Shown piece after piece: positions 25,251 to 39,419 of a stretch of 64,000 nt of DNA. The notes beneath the pieces were generated by a model that ran no database searches, was not told the origin of the DNA, and saw only the letters and a list, made by a program, of their open reading frames with translations. Position 1 is the first letter of the stretch. Each line of letters starts with the position of its first letter. The stretch spans positions 37,138,001-37,202,000 of the forward strand of contig OX597827.1 of the NCBI GenBank assembly GCA_951406725.2, written 5' to 3'. The position numbers and the translations under genes are program-made. This DNA is from Octopus vulgaris. Its lineage: Eukaryota.

Positions 25251-26214
25251 TGTGTGTGTGTGTGTCTGTGTGTGTGTGTGTGTGTGTGTAAAGGTATAAT
25301 ATAAAGATAAGGTATCAATCTAACTGGAAACAGAAAAAAATAGATGGAAAAGTCATTTATGCTTCAAGTCTGCACTCTTCTTCTGTAAGAAAGAATAGAT
25401 AAGGATACCAACATTTTACCACTGACAATGTCTTTTCTATCTTCTCCTTTTTCCTTTCCTCACTTTTTTCTTTTCTTTCCTTTCAGTTTTTTTTCTTTTT
25501 TCTCTTCATTTTAGCAATTTCCATCTTCTATGGTTTTTGAAGATATAACTTCTATCAGGTTTAAAGCTGTTATATTTGTAATGCATGATATACAACAAAT
25601 TCATTAAATTATCTTAATTAACTCTAATGATACAATAGCTAAAACATAACGGCCTTGATGTAACAAAAGATTGAACAAAATAAATTTATTTTCAACATTG
25701 TAAGTTTTAATTGTAGATTTCTTTGGTCGTATGAGCAAGATAATCTATCTAACAATCTCTCTCTTTCTCCCTCTTCTTCTGTGTGTGTGTATATATAGTT
25801 AGTCACACAGATGGTTGGCATGGCATTGGGCACAACCAAATGAGTCAGGTGTGTGTGTAACCATGCAACTGATTTAGACACTTAACCTTCAACTAATTCA
25901 ATCTTTCTTGATGTAAATAGATACACATCATAGAATAGGACCAGTTAACTGTTATAATAGTATTGTTGTACAACTGAGCAGCTTTGTTGGGGGATATACG
26001 AAGACACATACATCTATACGTAAATTGATGTGAGCATTCATGTATAATTATGTTATAGAATGATTGCTTCAAATGCATGTGTATATATGCAAATGTGTGT
26101 ATATGCATGTATGATTTGTATGCATGCATCTTTTTTATGACTGTGTATATACAGAGAAACTGTACAGTTGTGAAGTCTCTATACTTCTGTCTTTCCAAGG
26201 ACTTATCAGCCTCT

Positions 26215-26420
26215 CTAGTGCTGATGCCACAATAAAATACATCTAATACACTGTGTAAAGTGGTTCATGATAGGGAAGGCATTCACTTGTAGAAACTAAA
26301 CCAAATGACATGCACAAGTACTAGTCAATGAGCGCAGTAGCTCTCAATAAGAGATTATTTGAACTGTGACCATCCATCTGAACCATGCTAGCATGGAAAG
26401 TAGATGTAAAATGATGATAT
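26215..26420 (+). mobile_element. Old RTE 3' UTR (family B-related)
   Basis: agtggtt..gggaaggcattcacttgtagaaac..ccatgctagcatggaaagtagatgtaaaatgatgat. Confidence 0.6.
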
Positions 26421-28100
26421 TCCTACACTATGCACACTGTTTAACAACTAGAGTTTCCATCCACAAGGATGCACTCACAAAGTTTTTGTCACCCAGTGTG
26501 TATGTGTATGCACATGTGTGTGCATGTGTGTGTGTGTGTGTGTATACAATTATGTGTTTCATAACATTGCCTGAGATCTTGGGCATGGTCTCAGAGTGAC
26601 AAAAGTTTTTGTGAGTGTCATTGAGTAGATGGAAACTGTTGCAGCTAATCTGGTGGACTGTAACTTTGAAGTCAAAGGGTTAGTTTTGTTGCACAATGTG
26701 TCATTCTGATTCGACTTGAGTATTGCATTAAAGGTACAAATATGCATGAAATGCTCAGCTACTCATGTTATAATTTAATGAATAAGCTGTTTTGTTGACC
26801 GAGCAACCAGGAATAGCCATCATTAAAACAGATGGAAGTTCTGTCATTTTTGTTTTCTTTTTTTTTTGGTTTTTACAAGTATGCTTCCACACATATATAT
26901 GCCTATGGTATATCTATGTGTCTCCACACATACATGATTCATATGACTTCACACAAAGACACACATACATCTGCATACATTTAATGTGTGCGTGTTTGTG
27001 TGTGTATGTCTCTTTTTTTCCTATATATGTATACATATCTGTACTTACACGTCACTAAATTCATCTATACACTGAGATACACATATACTGTCACATATTT
27101 ATTGTAAACGTGTGTGTGTGTGTGTGCCTCTCTGTATTTATGTATGCATATGTAACTGTACATACACATAACTAAGTTCAACTTCACCGATATACAAATA
27201 CACCACTACACATTTAATATATATGTGTATATGTGTGTATGTGTGTATGCCACTGAGTACCTGTGTGAGTGTAAATACATAGTATTAGTGAGCAAGTCTA
27301 TGTAGCCATGATGTGAAACTAATTGGATTTGTTACCGTGTGTTAATTCCACTGAACAGATAATTTCCAGCTGTTAGATTCAACTCCAACTTCTATCACTG
27401 ACAACACACCATCAACCATTAAATGCTGTACCTCTAACACTTAATGGATTGAGGTTCAATACCTACTGGGGCTTTCATTTAATTAGTACTGCTGCTGTGG
27501 TTGAAATCAGGGTGGCAGTGGGGTTGATGATGGGAGCAATGATAGACAATGATGATAGGAGTGAGGGTGATAATGGTAGCAATGATGATGGTGGTAGTGA
27601 TGGTTATCTTGATGATGGCGGTGGTGGTGGTGATAGATAGGGTAATGATGATGGATATGGTGATGATGGTGAAGATGGTGATCATGAACTGCTGCTGTTG
27701 TTACCACTGCTGTAGTGTGACATGAGCCGAGAGAATGACGACTGACAACCTGCAGTTAATGGTAGTGGGGGATGGGTAGATGGATGGAGGTGTAGAAGAG
27801 TCGAAGATGTTAACTCGTTAGATGAGACTAATAGGTAGAGAGTGGTGGGAAATGGTAGGACGTGGAGGAGTGATGGTAGCTTGAGACAATGCAGGGTATT
27901 AGTGTGAAAGTATTCATGTGTGCTTATAGATGTATATGTTAGTTTTTGTGTACATGTCACATTAGCATATGTGTTTGTACGCATATATATATATGTATAT
28001 ATTTATATATGTGTGTGTATGCATTTATGTGTATGTATGTATATGCATATATGTATATATATATATATGTGTGCGTATCTATATATATATATATATATAT

Positions 28101-28329
28101 AGGCGAGCTGGCAGAAACGTTAGCATGCTGGGCGAAATGCATAGCCGTATTTCATCTGTCGTTACGTTTCGAGTTCAAATTCCGCCGAGGTCGACTTTGC
28201 CTTTCATCCTTTCGGGGTCGATAAATTAAGTACCAGTTACCCACTGGGGTCAATATAATCGACTTGATCTGTTTGTCTATCCTTGTTTGTCCCCTCTGTG
28301 TTTAGCCCCTTGTGGGTAGTAAAGAAATA
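28101..28329 (+). mobile_element. tRNA-derived SINE family C (Deu/Nin-like central domain)
   Basis: ggcgagctggcagaa (A box), gagttcaaattcc (B box), gcctttcatcctttcggggtcgataaattaagtacc central block. Confidence 0.8.
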
Positions 28330-28330
28330 T

Positions 28331-28579
28331 ATAACGATGAATAGCTAACGCGAAAACCAATTGGTTCGTTTCAGTCTCTTACCTTATTATTATTATTATT
28401 AACTTCTTATAATCATCAATAATAATGACCTTTTTGACTAGTAATACTCTAAATGTATATATTTGTCACTACCTGTCATAAATAGCCTTTTTATATCTAC
28501 AATATGAATTTTCGTTGATTTTTCATATTTTACCCTTACATTTCCACATGTATTTTATATTTTTTTCAAAACATATTTC

Positions 28580-28583
<4 letters not shown>
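28331..28583 (+). mobile_element. Penelope-like terminal repeat fragment beginning with an A3:U8 hammerhead-like motif
   Basis: aacg-ATGAATA-gctaacgc-gaaaaccaattggt-t-cgtt; the remainder is homologous to the palindrome at 59990-60403. Confidence 0.55.
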
Positions 28584-28644
<61 letters not shown>

Positions 28645-28703
28645 AAGAAAGAGAGAGAGAGATAAATAGATAGATATACATATATATATATACATATATA
28701 CAA

Positions 28704-29151
28704 GTCTGGCAACCGTGTCGGTGGCACGTAAAAGCACCATCCGTTCGCGTCCGTTGCCAGCCTCGGCTGGCCCCCGTGCCGGTGACACGTAAAAGCACCA
28801 TCCATTTCGTGGCCGTTTGCCAGCTCTGTCTGGCCCCGTGTTGGTGGCACGTAAAAGCACCATCCGTTCGTGTTCGTTGTCAGCCTCGGCTGGCCCCCGT
28901 GCCGGTGACACGTAAAAGCACCGTCCGTTCGTGGCTGTTCGCCAGCTCTGTCTGGCACCTGTGCAGGTGGCACGTAAAAAACACCCACTACACTCGCGGA
29001 GTGGTTGGCATTAGGAAGGGCATCCAGCCGTAGAAACACTGCCAGATCTGACTGGGCCTGACGAAGCCTTCCAGCCTCACAGACCCCAGTTGACCCGTCC
29101 AACCCATGCTAGCATGGAAAGCGGACGCTAAATGATGATGATGATGATGAT
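28704..29151 (+). mobile_element. RTE LINE 3' UTR (family B) with ~4-5 tandem ~60-bp units
   Basis: Repeated ggtg(g/a)cacgtaaaagcaccatccgttcg..gccagc..gctggc; (GAT)n tail. Confidence 0.85.
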
Positions 29152-30949
29152 ATTATGTATGTATTTTAATCTTTTATTCTTTTAGCTAGTTTCATTCATT
29201 GGAGTACTGCCTTGAGGACTTATTTTCAAATTTGGTATTTATGCCATTGGTCACCTTCAGGTGAACTTTTAAGTTGCATGGATTTAAATACTCAGCTACA
29301 TGAAATTCTTCTGTCTTTTTTCCCCTATAAATCAGTATACATCTCCGTTAGAACAGGCATCTTTTTCTACAAAAAAAGAGAAAGATTGGGCTAGAAGCTA
29401 GCAATCTCTTCTCACAGATGAACTGATATGTTATTGGAACTGTCTAAGGTTGGGTCAATGTCCAGACAGTCAGTACATTACAGAAATAGATTAAAAAGAA
29501 AAAAAATCTATAAAAAAAACAAGAGTTAACTTATCATTATCATATATAATTCAAGAAGCAGTAAACTGTTGACTTGAAGTAAATATATAATGAAAAATTA
29601 AAAGAAAGAAAAAGGTGCTTCTATAATTAATATTATTTCCATTGTCTTCATATTTGCTAAAGTAGTGATAAATTAATTACTAAATAAATATACTAGGCTA
29701 TGAAAGAAAATATAATTATTTAGTAATAAAGTATTTTTGAGATGCCAGTCAGTTAAAAATCTAAAGGGATTTAATGAAAGGCACAGTATTAAAAAGCTGA
29801 CATCTCACTGCATAGTTATTTCTAGCTTGATTTTTGGAAGCTCTCTGAATTGAATATGTAATCACCAATGTACATTTGGTATTTATGCAAAGTTCACTGT
29901 TGATAATGAACATCTACTATCCATGTTTCTCTGCCATGCTAATCTCATAATTCTTCTAGTCTCTTACTTCTTACACCTGCCTCTTAGAATTTACCATTAC
30001 CAAAGAGATAATAAGCTCTTTGTTAGTGAATGAGGTAACAGCTCCTTGAACTTTTTCCATTCCATTCTGGCTTTGCTGGCAAGACTTTCAGAAGAGTTTT
30101 TGTAATGTTTAAAAGTCTTTGCAATGAATATGGGGAAATAGGAAGAGAGATAGTGACTTTGAAATATGTATAGCGATGTAATAAGGAAAGAGATTATGAC
30201 TTTGAAATACGTGTTAGAGCAAATCTAATAGAGATTATTGATAGGAATGAGAACCAGCTACTAGTCTGAACATCTCAAATAGAGAATATAGCAGCGTCAT
30301 TTTCAAAGAAATTGGTTTCTAGCTATGTCATTATGAAAGAGACAATATCCAATAATGATTTACCCAAGTCTGGATAGAGAATTCAGAATTATTTGATACC
30401 TGCTGTGATATGAAATGTCATGTAATGTCTTATATAGTTTGAGATGAGTAGTATTATTTTGTATCAGATTACTGTAATATAGATATTGAAAGAACAACAA
30501 TGATAATAATAATAATGTTCATTTTAATGGATACAAAAGTTCTGAGATGTTTGGGGCATCAGTATAAGTAGTTGGGGCTTATACACAATGAAAGAATGAA
30601 AACACTGACAAAACCAACAATAATAATTCTTTCTACTAAAAACTACTAATAACCAACAATAACAACAAGAACAATCAGAAATGGACAACAATCGATAATA
30701 ATAAAAATAATCTCTCCAGTATTGGCCACAAGGGCAAAAATTCATACGAAAAGCTATGAAGTTTTTGCTACGGTTTACAAAAGGAAAACATGATATGAAG
30801 TGAGGTTAAAATGCATTTACAAATGAAGTGGATGTGTAAAAAATGTTATACAAAATATATTTTAAATACACATATGCATACATTATGCACACATACATAT
30901 ATACATGTGTGTGTGTGTGTGTATTATTATGATTATTATTATTACTGTT

Positions 30950-31143
30950 AAGGCAGCAAGCTGGCAGAATCTTTAGTACGCTGGACATTGCCTTTACATT
31001 CTGAGTTCAAACTACACTGAAGTTGACATTGCCTATCATCCTTTTGAGGTCAATAAAATAAGTACCAGTTGAGCTCTGGGGTCGATCTAATTGACTTTCT
31101 CCCTCTCCCAAAATTGCTGGCCTTGTGCCAAAATTTGATACCA
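30950..31143 (+). mobile_element. SINE family C
   Basis: aaggcagcaagctggcagaa..gagttcaaa..gcctatcatccttttgaggtcaataaaataagtaccag. Confidence 0.75.
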
Positions 31144-31157
31144 TTATTATTATTGTG

Positions 31158-31703
31158 TGAGAGAGCAGCACATGCCATCAAAATGCCACTGGGGTACAAA
31201 TATACAAAGCCCAATATATGCATCATGACTACCCATCAGATAAGGGAACACTAGGCACATGCATCACAACCATATGTGCACAGTATGGCGTTCTCATGTC
31301 AAGATAAACAGTGCATGACCTTGCAGGTGAGGCTCAGTTAGAATTTTCTTCAGGTTCAGTAGTTCATCCCACTCAAAAGGTCTATGAATAAGTTTTAGGA
31401 TGATGAATGAAACACCCATGTTTCCAGTGGCGAATTATTCAAACCCCAAAGAATTCCTCCCAATACATGGCTGTGATGCTTCCTACTACTTCAGCTCATG
31501 ATCAGAGATGCTCATATTGTCAGCCACTAAGGCACATGCTCAGCTGGTTAAGGTCAAACAACTGACAAGTAACACTGTGGTATTGAACAGATATATTTGC
31601 TGTAGCCCATCTTTTACACCAAGATAAAACAAGTACATGATAACACTTCCAATCAGTTAAGATCAAATGCCATCAGAGGCCACTGCCTGATACTGCATCA
31701 GGG

Positions 31704-31706
<3 letters not shown>
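31158..31706. mobile_element. Unclassified interspersed repeat flanked by (TTA)n
   Basis: Complex GC-richer block with sharp borders into (TTA)n on both sides; short related fragment near 35760-35805. Confidence 0.4.
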
Positions 31707-31767
<61 letters not shown>

Positions 31768-31791
31768 GTTGTTGTTGTTGTTGTTGTTGTT
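31707..31791. repeat. (TTA)n(TTG)n microsatellite
   Basis: Directly visible. Confidence 0.95.
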
Positions 31792-31796
31792 ATCAT

Positions 31797-32095
31797 GAGG
31801 GTACATGGCCTAGTGTTTAGGGTGCTGCACTCATGAACTAGTGATCAGGATTTTAATTCTTAGACTGAGTGATGTGGTATGTTCTTGAGCAAAACACTTC
31901 ATTTCAAGTTGCTCTGTGATCACTTCAACACCTGAAGTGTGGTACTCTGTGCACCTGTTCAGACAACTTCAGTTTGATGGAGAAAGTGAGCTAACATGTG
32001 GCAGGAACTTTTGATCACTATAAATAAATCATTTGTGCAGGTTGTTCAGCAAAAAGCTGAACACTCATACATCGTCTTGGATTGAGGAGTCCATC
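31797..32095 (+). mobile_element. tRNA-derived SINE (family D-like head, CORE-like middle)
   Basis: acatggcctagtgtttagggtgctgcactc head; ttcttgagcaaaacacttcatttcaagttgctc. Confidence 0.6.
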
Positions 32096-32666
32096 ATTGT
32101 TAGGTAGAAATCTTGCAGAATCATTTCATAAATCCATTTTGACACCACCAGCACCCCACTGACTACAGGTCACTTTTTGTTAATTCTGCTTTGACAATTC
32201 TCCTATGTTGCGATGTATATGTTTTGTACATCTCTTATTGTCACTCTTGTTTCTTCCTGTGTGCTGGGCACAAATATATACTCAGAAGTATGTCTGACAA
32301 TTTCAGTATTTTGGTTGTGTCTTCAGTTTTAAAACTACAGCAGATAGTGCCATCACATTTGCCACTTGCCATTTTCAGTTTAGAGAACTTCTCTTGATAT
32401 GTCCTGGGGAACCTTTTGTACTTCTCAGTGCGAGGGAATAAATAGTTCTATTTTTTTGTAAACAGAAATATATGATTTTTCTCTTTGTTCTCTCCTGCAT
32501 TAGCTCTTGTGGTAAAGAAATGTAGTTTGGTTTCACAAAATTCTCACAGTTTCTTCTTCTAACTGTGATAGACTAGAAATTCCATTAGTTTATTTTTAAT
32601 TGAAATCTGTTATATGAATGACCTGCAGTATTTGACTTTGTGTAAAGAGTTGCTATGGCTGTTTGT

Positions 32667-32888
32667 TAAAGCAGCTAGCTAACAGAATCACTAGAGTATC
32701 AGACAAAATATACTTTGGTATATTTATTCCAATTCTTCACATTCTAAGTTCAGATCTTGCTCAGGTCAACTTTTCCTTTCACCCTTTCTGGGTTGATAAA
32801 ATAAAGTACCAGCCAAGTACTGGGTCAATGGTATTACCTACACAGCCTGTCCTCAAAATTGCTAGCTTTGTGCCTAAACTAGAGATCA
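32667..32888 (+). mobile_element. SINE family C (diverged)
   Basis: ttttcctttcaccctttctgggttgataaaataaagtacc block. Confidence 0.65.
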
Positions 32889-33267
32889 TTATTACTACTG
32901 CTCTCATAAATATAGCATATTTGAGTATTTGGGGCATTTTCTTCTATTAATTGTTCACTAAACTTCTTCCCTTGTGCATTTGGTTGTGTTCTGGTCTTGT
33001 GTTGTCTTTTCTGTTATTGTTGTGTTCAGTCTTGTAACATAATTGTATTTGGTAGTCATTATAGGTGTGATGGCATAATTTGAAACAAACCTTTTTCCTT
33101 CTGTTGTCTGAACTCCTGTAACAAGGGTAAATCTTTCTTAGGTAATTATCTTTCTTTTTACAAATACTTCAATGAAAATTTCATTCGGTAATATTTGACG
33201 AGACCATGCTTTGAAGAGAAAGTCACAAATGCATCTTCACATTATGTGAATCAAATACAATAATAAA

Positions 33268-33692
33268 TATTCTTTCAAATTTTGGTACAAGGTTGGTGCT
33301 TGACTGGTACTTATTTTATCATCAACCCTGAAAAGAGGAAAGGTAATATTGACTTTGGTGGAATCTGAACTCAGAATACAAAGAGCTGGAAGTAATGCCG
33401 AACAGTAATTTGTCTGGTGTGCTAGTGACTCTACCAGTTCACTACCTCAATAATAATAATGATGATGATGCCGCCGCTGCCGACAACCTTTTCAGCTCTA
33501 GGTACAAGGCCTGAAATTTGGAGAAGGGGGATAGGTGATTACATTGATCCCAGTGTTCCACTGGTGCTTAATTTATCAACCCCAAAGGTAAAGTCGACCT
33601 CACCAGAATTTGAACTCAGAATGTTGTGACAGGCGAAATACCACTAAGCATTTCACCCAGCATGCTTACAGTTCTGCCAGCTCGCCACCTTA
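33268..33692 (-). mobile_element. Two tandem SINE family C copies (33268-33448 and 33487-33692)
   Basis: Both show ggtacttattttatc..accc..aaagg..gaactcagaat..tctgccagctcgccacctt on the plus strand, the reverse complement of family C. Confidence 0.75.
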
Positions 33693-34734
33693 ATAATAAT
33701 AGTAATGATAATAATAATCATAATAATGATGATGATGATGATGATGACAGTGTTTTTTTTATTTATTGACTGACATGTAAATATTACAGAGACAAATCCC
33801 ACCCCCCAAAAAATGAAGATGTCTGTTAACAGACATGAATAATAAAAGTATAAAAATAAATTAAATTAAACATCTTGTATAAGTGGATGGAATTGCAATG
33901 GTCAGGGAACTTTACAGATTCTGTATTACTGCTACTACCAGAGTTACATATCCTTTCCAAACTGTGTTGTCCTGTCTCCAGACATTTTCATGAAGTAGGG
34001 TCCATTCACACATGCTATACTTACCGTTCACCCTTATATTTCAGCAGATTTATTGGAGAGCAACACCTCTTTCTCCACCCTCATTTCTATAACTTTATCT
34101 CCATTTGAGCCCAACCTCTCTCTCTGCTTTCACCCCACTCTCAATGTCTTGTGGGGTCTGCAAAACTCATGGGTACTGCCCTTCATTCATCATCTTTCAT
34201 CAGTAATAATAAAAAAAATAACAATAATTAGCTGATTCGCTCAGATTTAGGATAAGCATGTGATCAATAAACTTAACCTAAGAACTTGACTTAAATTTAT
34301 TTCATTCCCCACTGGATGATTGAAAATCAAAGTCAACTTCAGCATGATTTGAACTTACAACTGAAATACTGCAAAACATTTAGCTTATCTCTGTCCTGAT
34401 TTTAAATCATGATGGTGGTGAGAGTAGCGGTGGTGGGGGTTGTGGTGGTGATAGTGGTAGTAGTGATGTGGTTGTGGTGATGATGGTGATGATGGTAATG
34501 ATGGTTGTTGTGGTGACAGTGGTAATGATGGTGGAGATCGTTGTCGTCATGGAGAAGAAGATGACAATGGGAAGGTGTATACTACTAAGTAGGTTGTATG
34601 TAAATGATGCATAATCTACTAAGTAGGAATGCTGTTTCTTATTTTCCAACAATATTTGATGAAAATTGATGATACCCTTGAGAATCAGAATACTATCTAT
34701 TGAAAATTCTGTATTCCTCTCTCTTGCTCTCTCT

Positions 34735-34766
<32 letters not shown>

Positions 34767-37647
34767 TGCGCATACACATACACATAAACACAAACAGACA
34801 CACACATGGAATTCTGAACAAACTTTTCCTTAAAACTTTGATTTCTCTAAACTCAACACGACTTTTGTGAACTTAGCAAAAGTCAAAGACTTTAGAATAA
34901 ATTGATCATAGTTAATATTGTCATGTCTACTCAGGTCTTTATCATCATCATCATCATCCTCCCCATCATCATCACCCTCATAATCAGCATTGCTACTATC
35001 ATCCTCACTCCACCACCATCACTATTTATCATCGTCATCATCATCTTTGTTAGTTGATATTTGTAAAAGCTGTCTCTGATCATCAATCTATTTTGGTATG
35101 AGCCCATGAGGGACCTTCTATGTTGTTGTTTTGACCTGTTAGAAATAGAAACCAAATTTCTTTCAGACCAAACAAACTGTCTTAAAAACAAAACAGAGGG
35201 TAGTGTAGTTTAGAGTATGCTGTGTTTTAAAACAAATAGGATGGCTATGACTAGAATGATTATGATTATAGTTCTGATTGATCAGTTCTTTGAATCTAAA
35301 AATCTTTCAAGCTAGGGGAATAACAAAAATGAAAGATGTTTATATTTGTTCTTCAAGATTCTCATGTTAAAATAGATATGATTGTGGCACTTTAAGAGCA
35401 TCATAATGCCAACTAAAACACACACACTGGTTTTAATTCATTTCAGCTTTATGAACTATTGATCAGATAATTAAATTAATTCATTGATTAAGTAGCTATA
35501 GACACCCCAGCATTAAATGTTTTTCATTATTTAATACTATTCTTTGCATTCCAATGTCAAATTTCATCAGGTTTGACTGTCATTCATTTACTTAAAGTCA
35601 ATAAAATAAGTACCAGTAATATACTGTGTCAATTTGATTGATTGTAGCCCCCCCCCACCAAGTTTTATTGCCATATGAGTAATGAGTACATTCTCTGTTC
35701 TGACCTGACTACTTATTTTTAATTATAAAATTCTTATTTATACATATTTTGGCAAACACAGTGCATAAGTGTATATCCAGCTGGTCAAGGTCATGCAATA
35801 GATTAAGTCCTCTGCTACATTTAAACAAGGCAAATTTTGAAATAATTATGTATTTGAATATAAAAGGTATGCAAAAATCAAATATTTATTATCAACATAA
35901 CTAGAGAACCACTGAACTCGAACTGTTTTAAATACCTGCTGTAAGTAATGGTTTATAATGTCATTTGTATGGAGGTGCTGAACCATTGGATTTCGTCAAG
36001 GGCATAATTAACACAACAGCCTACTAAGAGCTCACAGGCTATATTTTGTGATGCAGTATTTCTGTTCTCATAAAACTTGGGACCTACACACTGTGCCAAA
36101 TCAACAGCCACTACTTCTTTTGTTGATCATCACATGAATGTTTCCTTGGCCAGGTAACTCAACTAACTTGAAACCCCTCTGAGGGGCAGTTGGTGTAGTT
36201 ACAAAAAAGGCTAAAATGCTTACGAGCAATGAGACAAACCTGAAAGTTGCTACTGAAGTCACCTAGGTTTCCATCACATCTGAGGAGTGCTAGTTGGATC
36301 CCTATATGCCTTGATATATTGGGACAATCATTGAAACCCAAAGAGTTCCAACCAACTACAAACTGCCATTTTGTAACGTTCACCTCTGAATATTTAGACC
36401 AACTTACTCAATTCTAATGGCAGGTTCTCCATGTTCATACGATTACATTCTAATAATTTGAGATATTAGATTTTTGAGGATCCATGCATAGAAATCAGAG
36501 CTGTTAGATTACATCAAAAAGATATTGGGAATAGATTATTTTAGATTTTGTGATTCTTATACATTTGGGAATTTTCACATTCTGACTTAACTGGCAACAA
36601 ATATCAAAATTCTGCTTAGTATTCTAATTTTTGGATGCTTCACCCTGTGTGTGTGTGTGTGTGTACATATATCTATGTATGTATCTATGCATTTGCATAT
36701 ATAAGTATGCAGATGTGTATGTATGTGTATATATACATGCATGTATGTACATATGCATGGTGTGTGGGAGATGATGGTAATATATGGTAATAAGACATGG
36801 CTATTTGATGTAGAGGAGTTGTGATGGCTGAAGAGAACTGAATCCAAGCTAGATCCATTTGATGTAAAACGTGGTTTGTAAGACAGACACAACATCCTAG
36901 ATAAGGTAGAGAAGAGTATGGTCAGTTACACCTACCAAGTACTTAGTGGGGTAAGTGTAATTGAAAAATGAAAGGCAAAGTTCACCTTGGAACAATATGA
37001 ACTTATAAAATAAAAGCATAGTGAATCTATGTATTTCTGACATTAATATTGACTTAGAAAAAAGGTGAAACATTGTTTAGGTGAGAGAATGGCTGAATAT
37101 AAAATGTATGAGAGTGGGTATGCAGGAAAAATGCTGGTATTGGTATCCACATCTGATGTAAATGACAAGGGATAGGGGAAAATAATTATATTTTTGGTCG
37201 TGAAAATTTGGGACCCAAAAAAGAGTAAGAAGGAGTAATGAGGTCAAGTCCCAGAATCTTAATGAAAATCTGGAATGATTGGTACTGGAATTTATATTGT
37301 CCAACCTATACAGAGGAGCATGAAAAACTGACTAATATGTATGTATATATATATATATATATATGTATATATGAGGTCTGATCAACTCTATGTAGACATT
37401 GAAAATTCTCTTTTTATATACATACAATGTAAAGATATGAGAAGTTTTCATCTGAGTAACTCAAACTAATAGGTATGCACACTGAGTGCTCAATTTTCTA
37501 TGCCACTAAAATTCTAGTTTGAACTGCAATTGAACATGTCATTTTGTGACTACCTTTCTCAAACAGCTAGAAGTGACTTCCCTTTGAGCCAGTAGGTATA
37601 GATTAAAGCAGAAATGTAAAAGCAAACAGTTTGGCAAGATTTGACAA

Positions 37648-38106
37648 GGACATTTAATTTAACTGCATAATAAAAAGATATACATAGTTTCTAACAACTG
37701 TTTCTAGAATATCCCAGCTATTGGAACATAGTGTCAAGTAAAGATTCCATAGGCTGAATATTCCGTCATTGGAGAAGAATAGGTTAATCCTCATCAACAT
37801 ATTATTGTGGTTCATTTTGTCCTGAAAGGGATGAGAAACCAATTAAAAATCCAATTCAAAACCAATTAAGAATCTGATTAATTGGAGTTTTGAATTGGTT
37901 TTCTCCTCTCTTTCATGAACCACAATAATATCAATGATGAGGAATATTCTTCCACTGTTATGTATGCATAACCTATCCCTCTTTGATGATGTTATACTTG
38001 GCCTATGGAATCCTCACTCGACATGATGTTCCAATGGTTGGGATATTCTAAAAACTGCTGTTATAGATGGTATATACCTTTTATTATATAGCTAAATTGA
38101 AAGTCC
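37648..38106. repeat. Old ~220-bp-arm imperfect inverted repeat (Penelope pLTR-like, degenerate hammerhead)
   Basis: Arms ~37648-37868 and ~37877-38106 pair (e.g. gaatatcccagctattggaaca with tgttccaatggttgggatattc); related fragment at 5883-5948. Confidence 0.65.
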
Positions 38107-38622
38107 ACTTCTTTCCATATTTACTGAGGAATTTTCAATTACTAACTGGTTAGAGTAGTTTATTTCCCACATTATGGAACCCTTATTCTCTGAATAAAAG
38201 AATTATTCAGTTATTTTTTTAAAATTATACTCATTAGCAATAAATATATTCTTTGTTTTCATGTGTTTTACACACATGATACTGAGAACAGTAAGATATC
38301 ATGAGATTTTTTTATGGGAATATATGAATATATTCTATGTTCTGCATGTGAAAATGTGTTATGCATTTTTCTAATGGATTCTTTGGCAGGTACATTTTCT
38401 TATTGTAGTGTTCCTCATACTTTTTCTTATGTTGTACTACAACTACTACTCTCATTCAGTTGCTTGACTTATCACAGCATGAAATTCAGAGTTATGGTTG
38501 AAAAAAAAGATTCAACTTCTCATAAAATATTCAAATATACACGTTAAATTTTTTATATTAAGTACTTTTTCTTCATTTGTAAAAACAAGAGTTCACAAAT
38601 ACCTCACCATATGTATGTATAC

Positions 38623-38693
<71 letters not shown>

Positions 38694-39305
38694 TCAAGGA
38701 TACACACTCACATAAAGATGTGTGTGCATTAATCATCTGAATAACTTGATTATCAGACTTATCTTGCAAATTACCAATGTCTATATATAATATCAAATGA
38801 AACAAAATTATATTTCATTGGTGTTTACCATTTCTTTATTCAGTCCCACTAGGCTTGATTATAATATTCTGCTATCTCCCACCCTCTATTTCATTCACTC
38901 TTCCATATACACTCTCTCTACATTTCTCTTTTTCTCTCTATCTCTAGCTCTCTCTCCATCTATCTTTATTTCCTAACATTAAAAAATTTTAATATTTGCA
39001 CTTTATTTACTTATTTATTGTTAATATTTCTACAATACCTTTATCAAATATGTACTTACACATATACTTGCTTACCTACAATTATGCACTCATTCATACA
39101 CATATGTGCACGTGTATGTGTGTACATATGTGTTGTTCAACAGGGCAATGGATTAAGTCTACTACTCACAAACTTGGAACCAAGAAATAGTAAAAAATAA
39201 GCACACACACACATATACACTCACATGTATACAAGCACACACACATATATGTATACATATATATGTGTGTGTTTGTAGTGTGTGTATGTATATGCATGTG
39301 TGTTT

Positions 39306-39350
<45 letters not shown>

Positions 39351-39419
39351 TTCCTAAAATGTGCTGTAGTTTATATTGTAATGAAGATCTGAACTCATCA
39401 AGAAATTGTAAAGCTCATA

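Noticed and set aside
28704-28985. Regularly spaced ~60-bp repeats resembling a CRISPR array
   Set aside because: The 'spacers' are themselves repeated, the array is part of an RTE 3' UTR, the context is eukaryotic and there are no cas genes.
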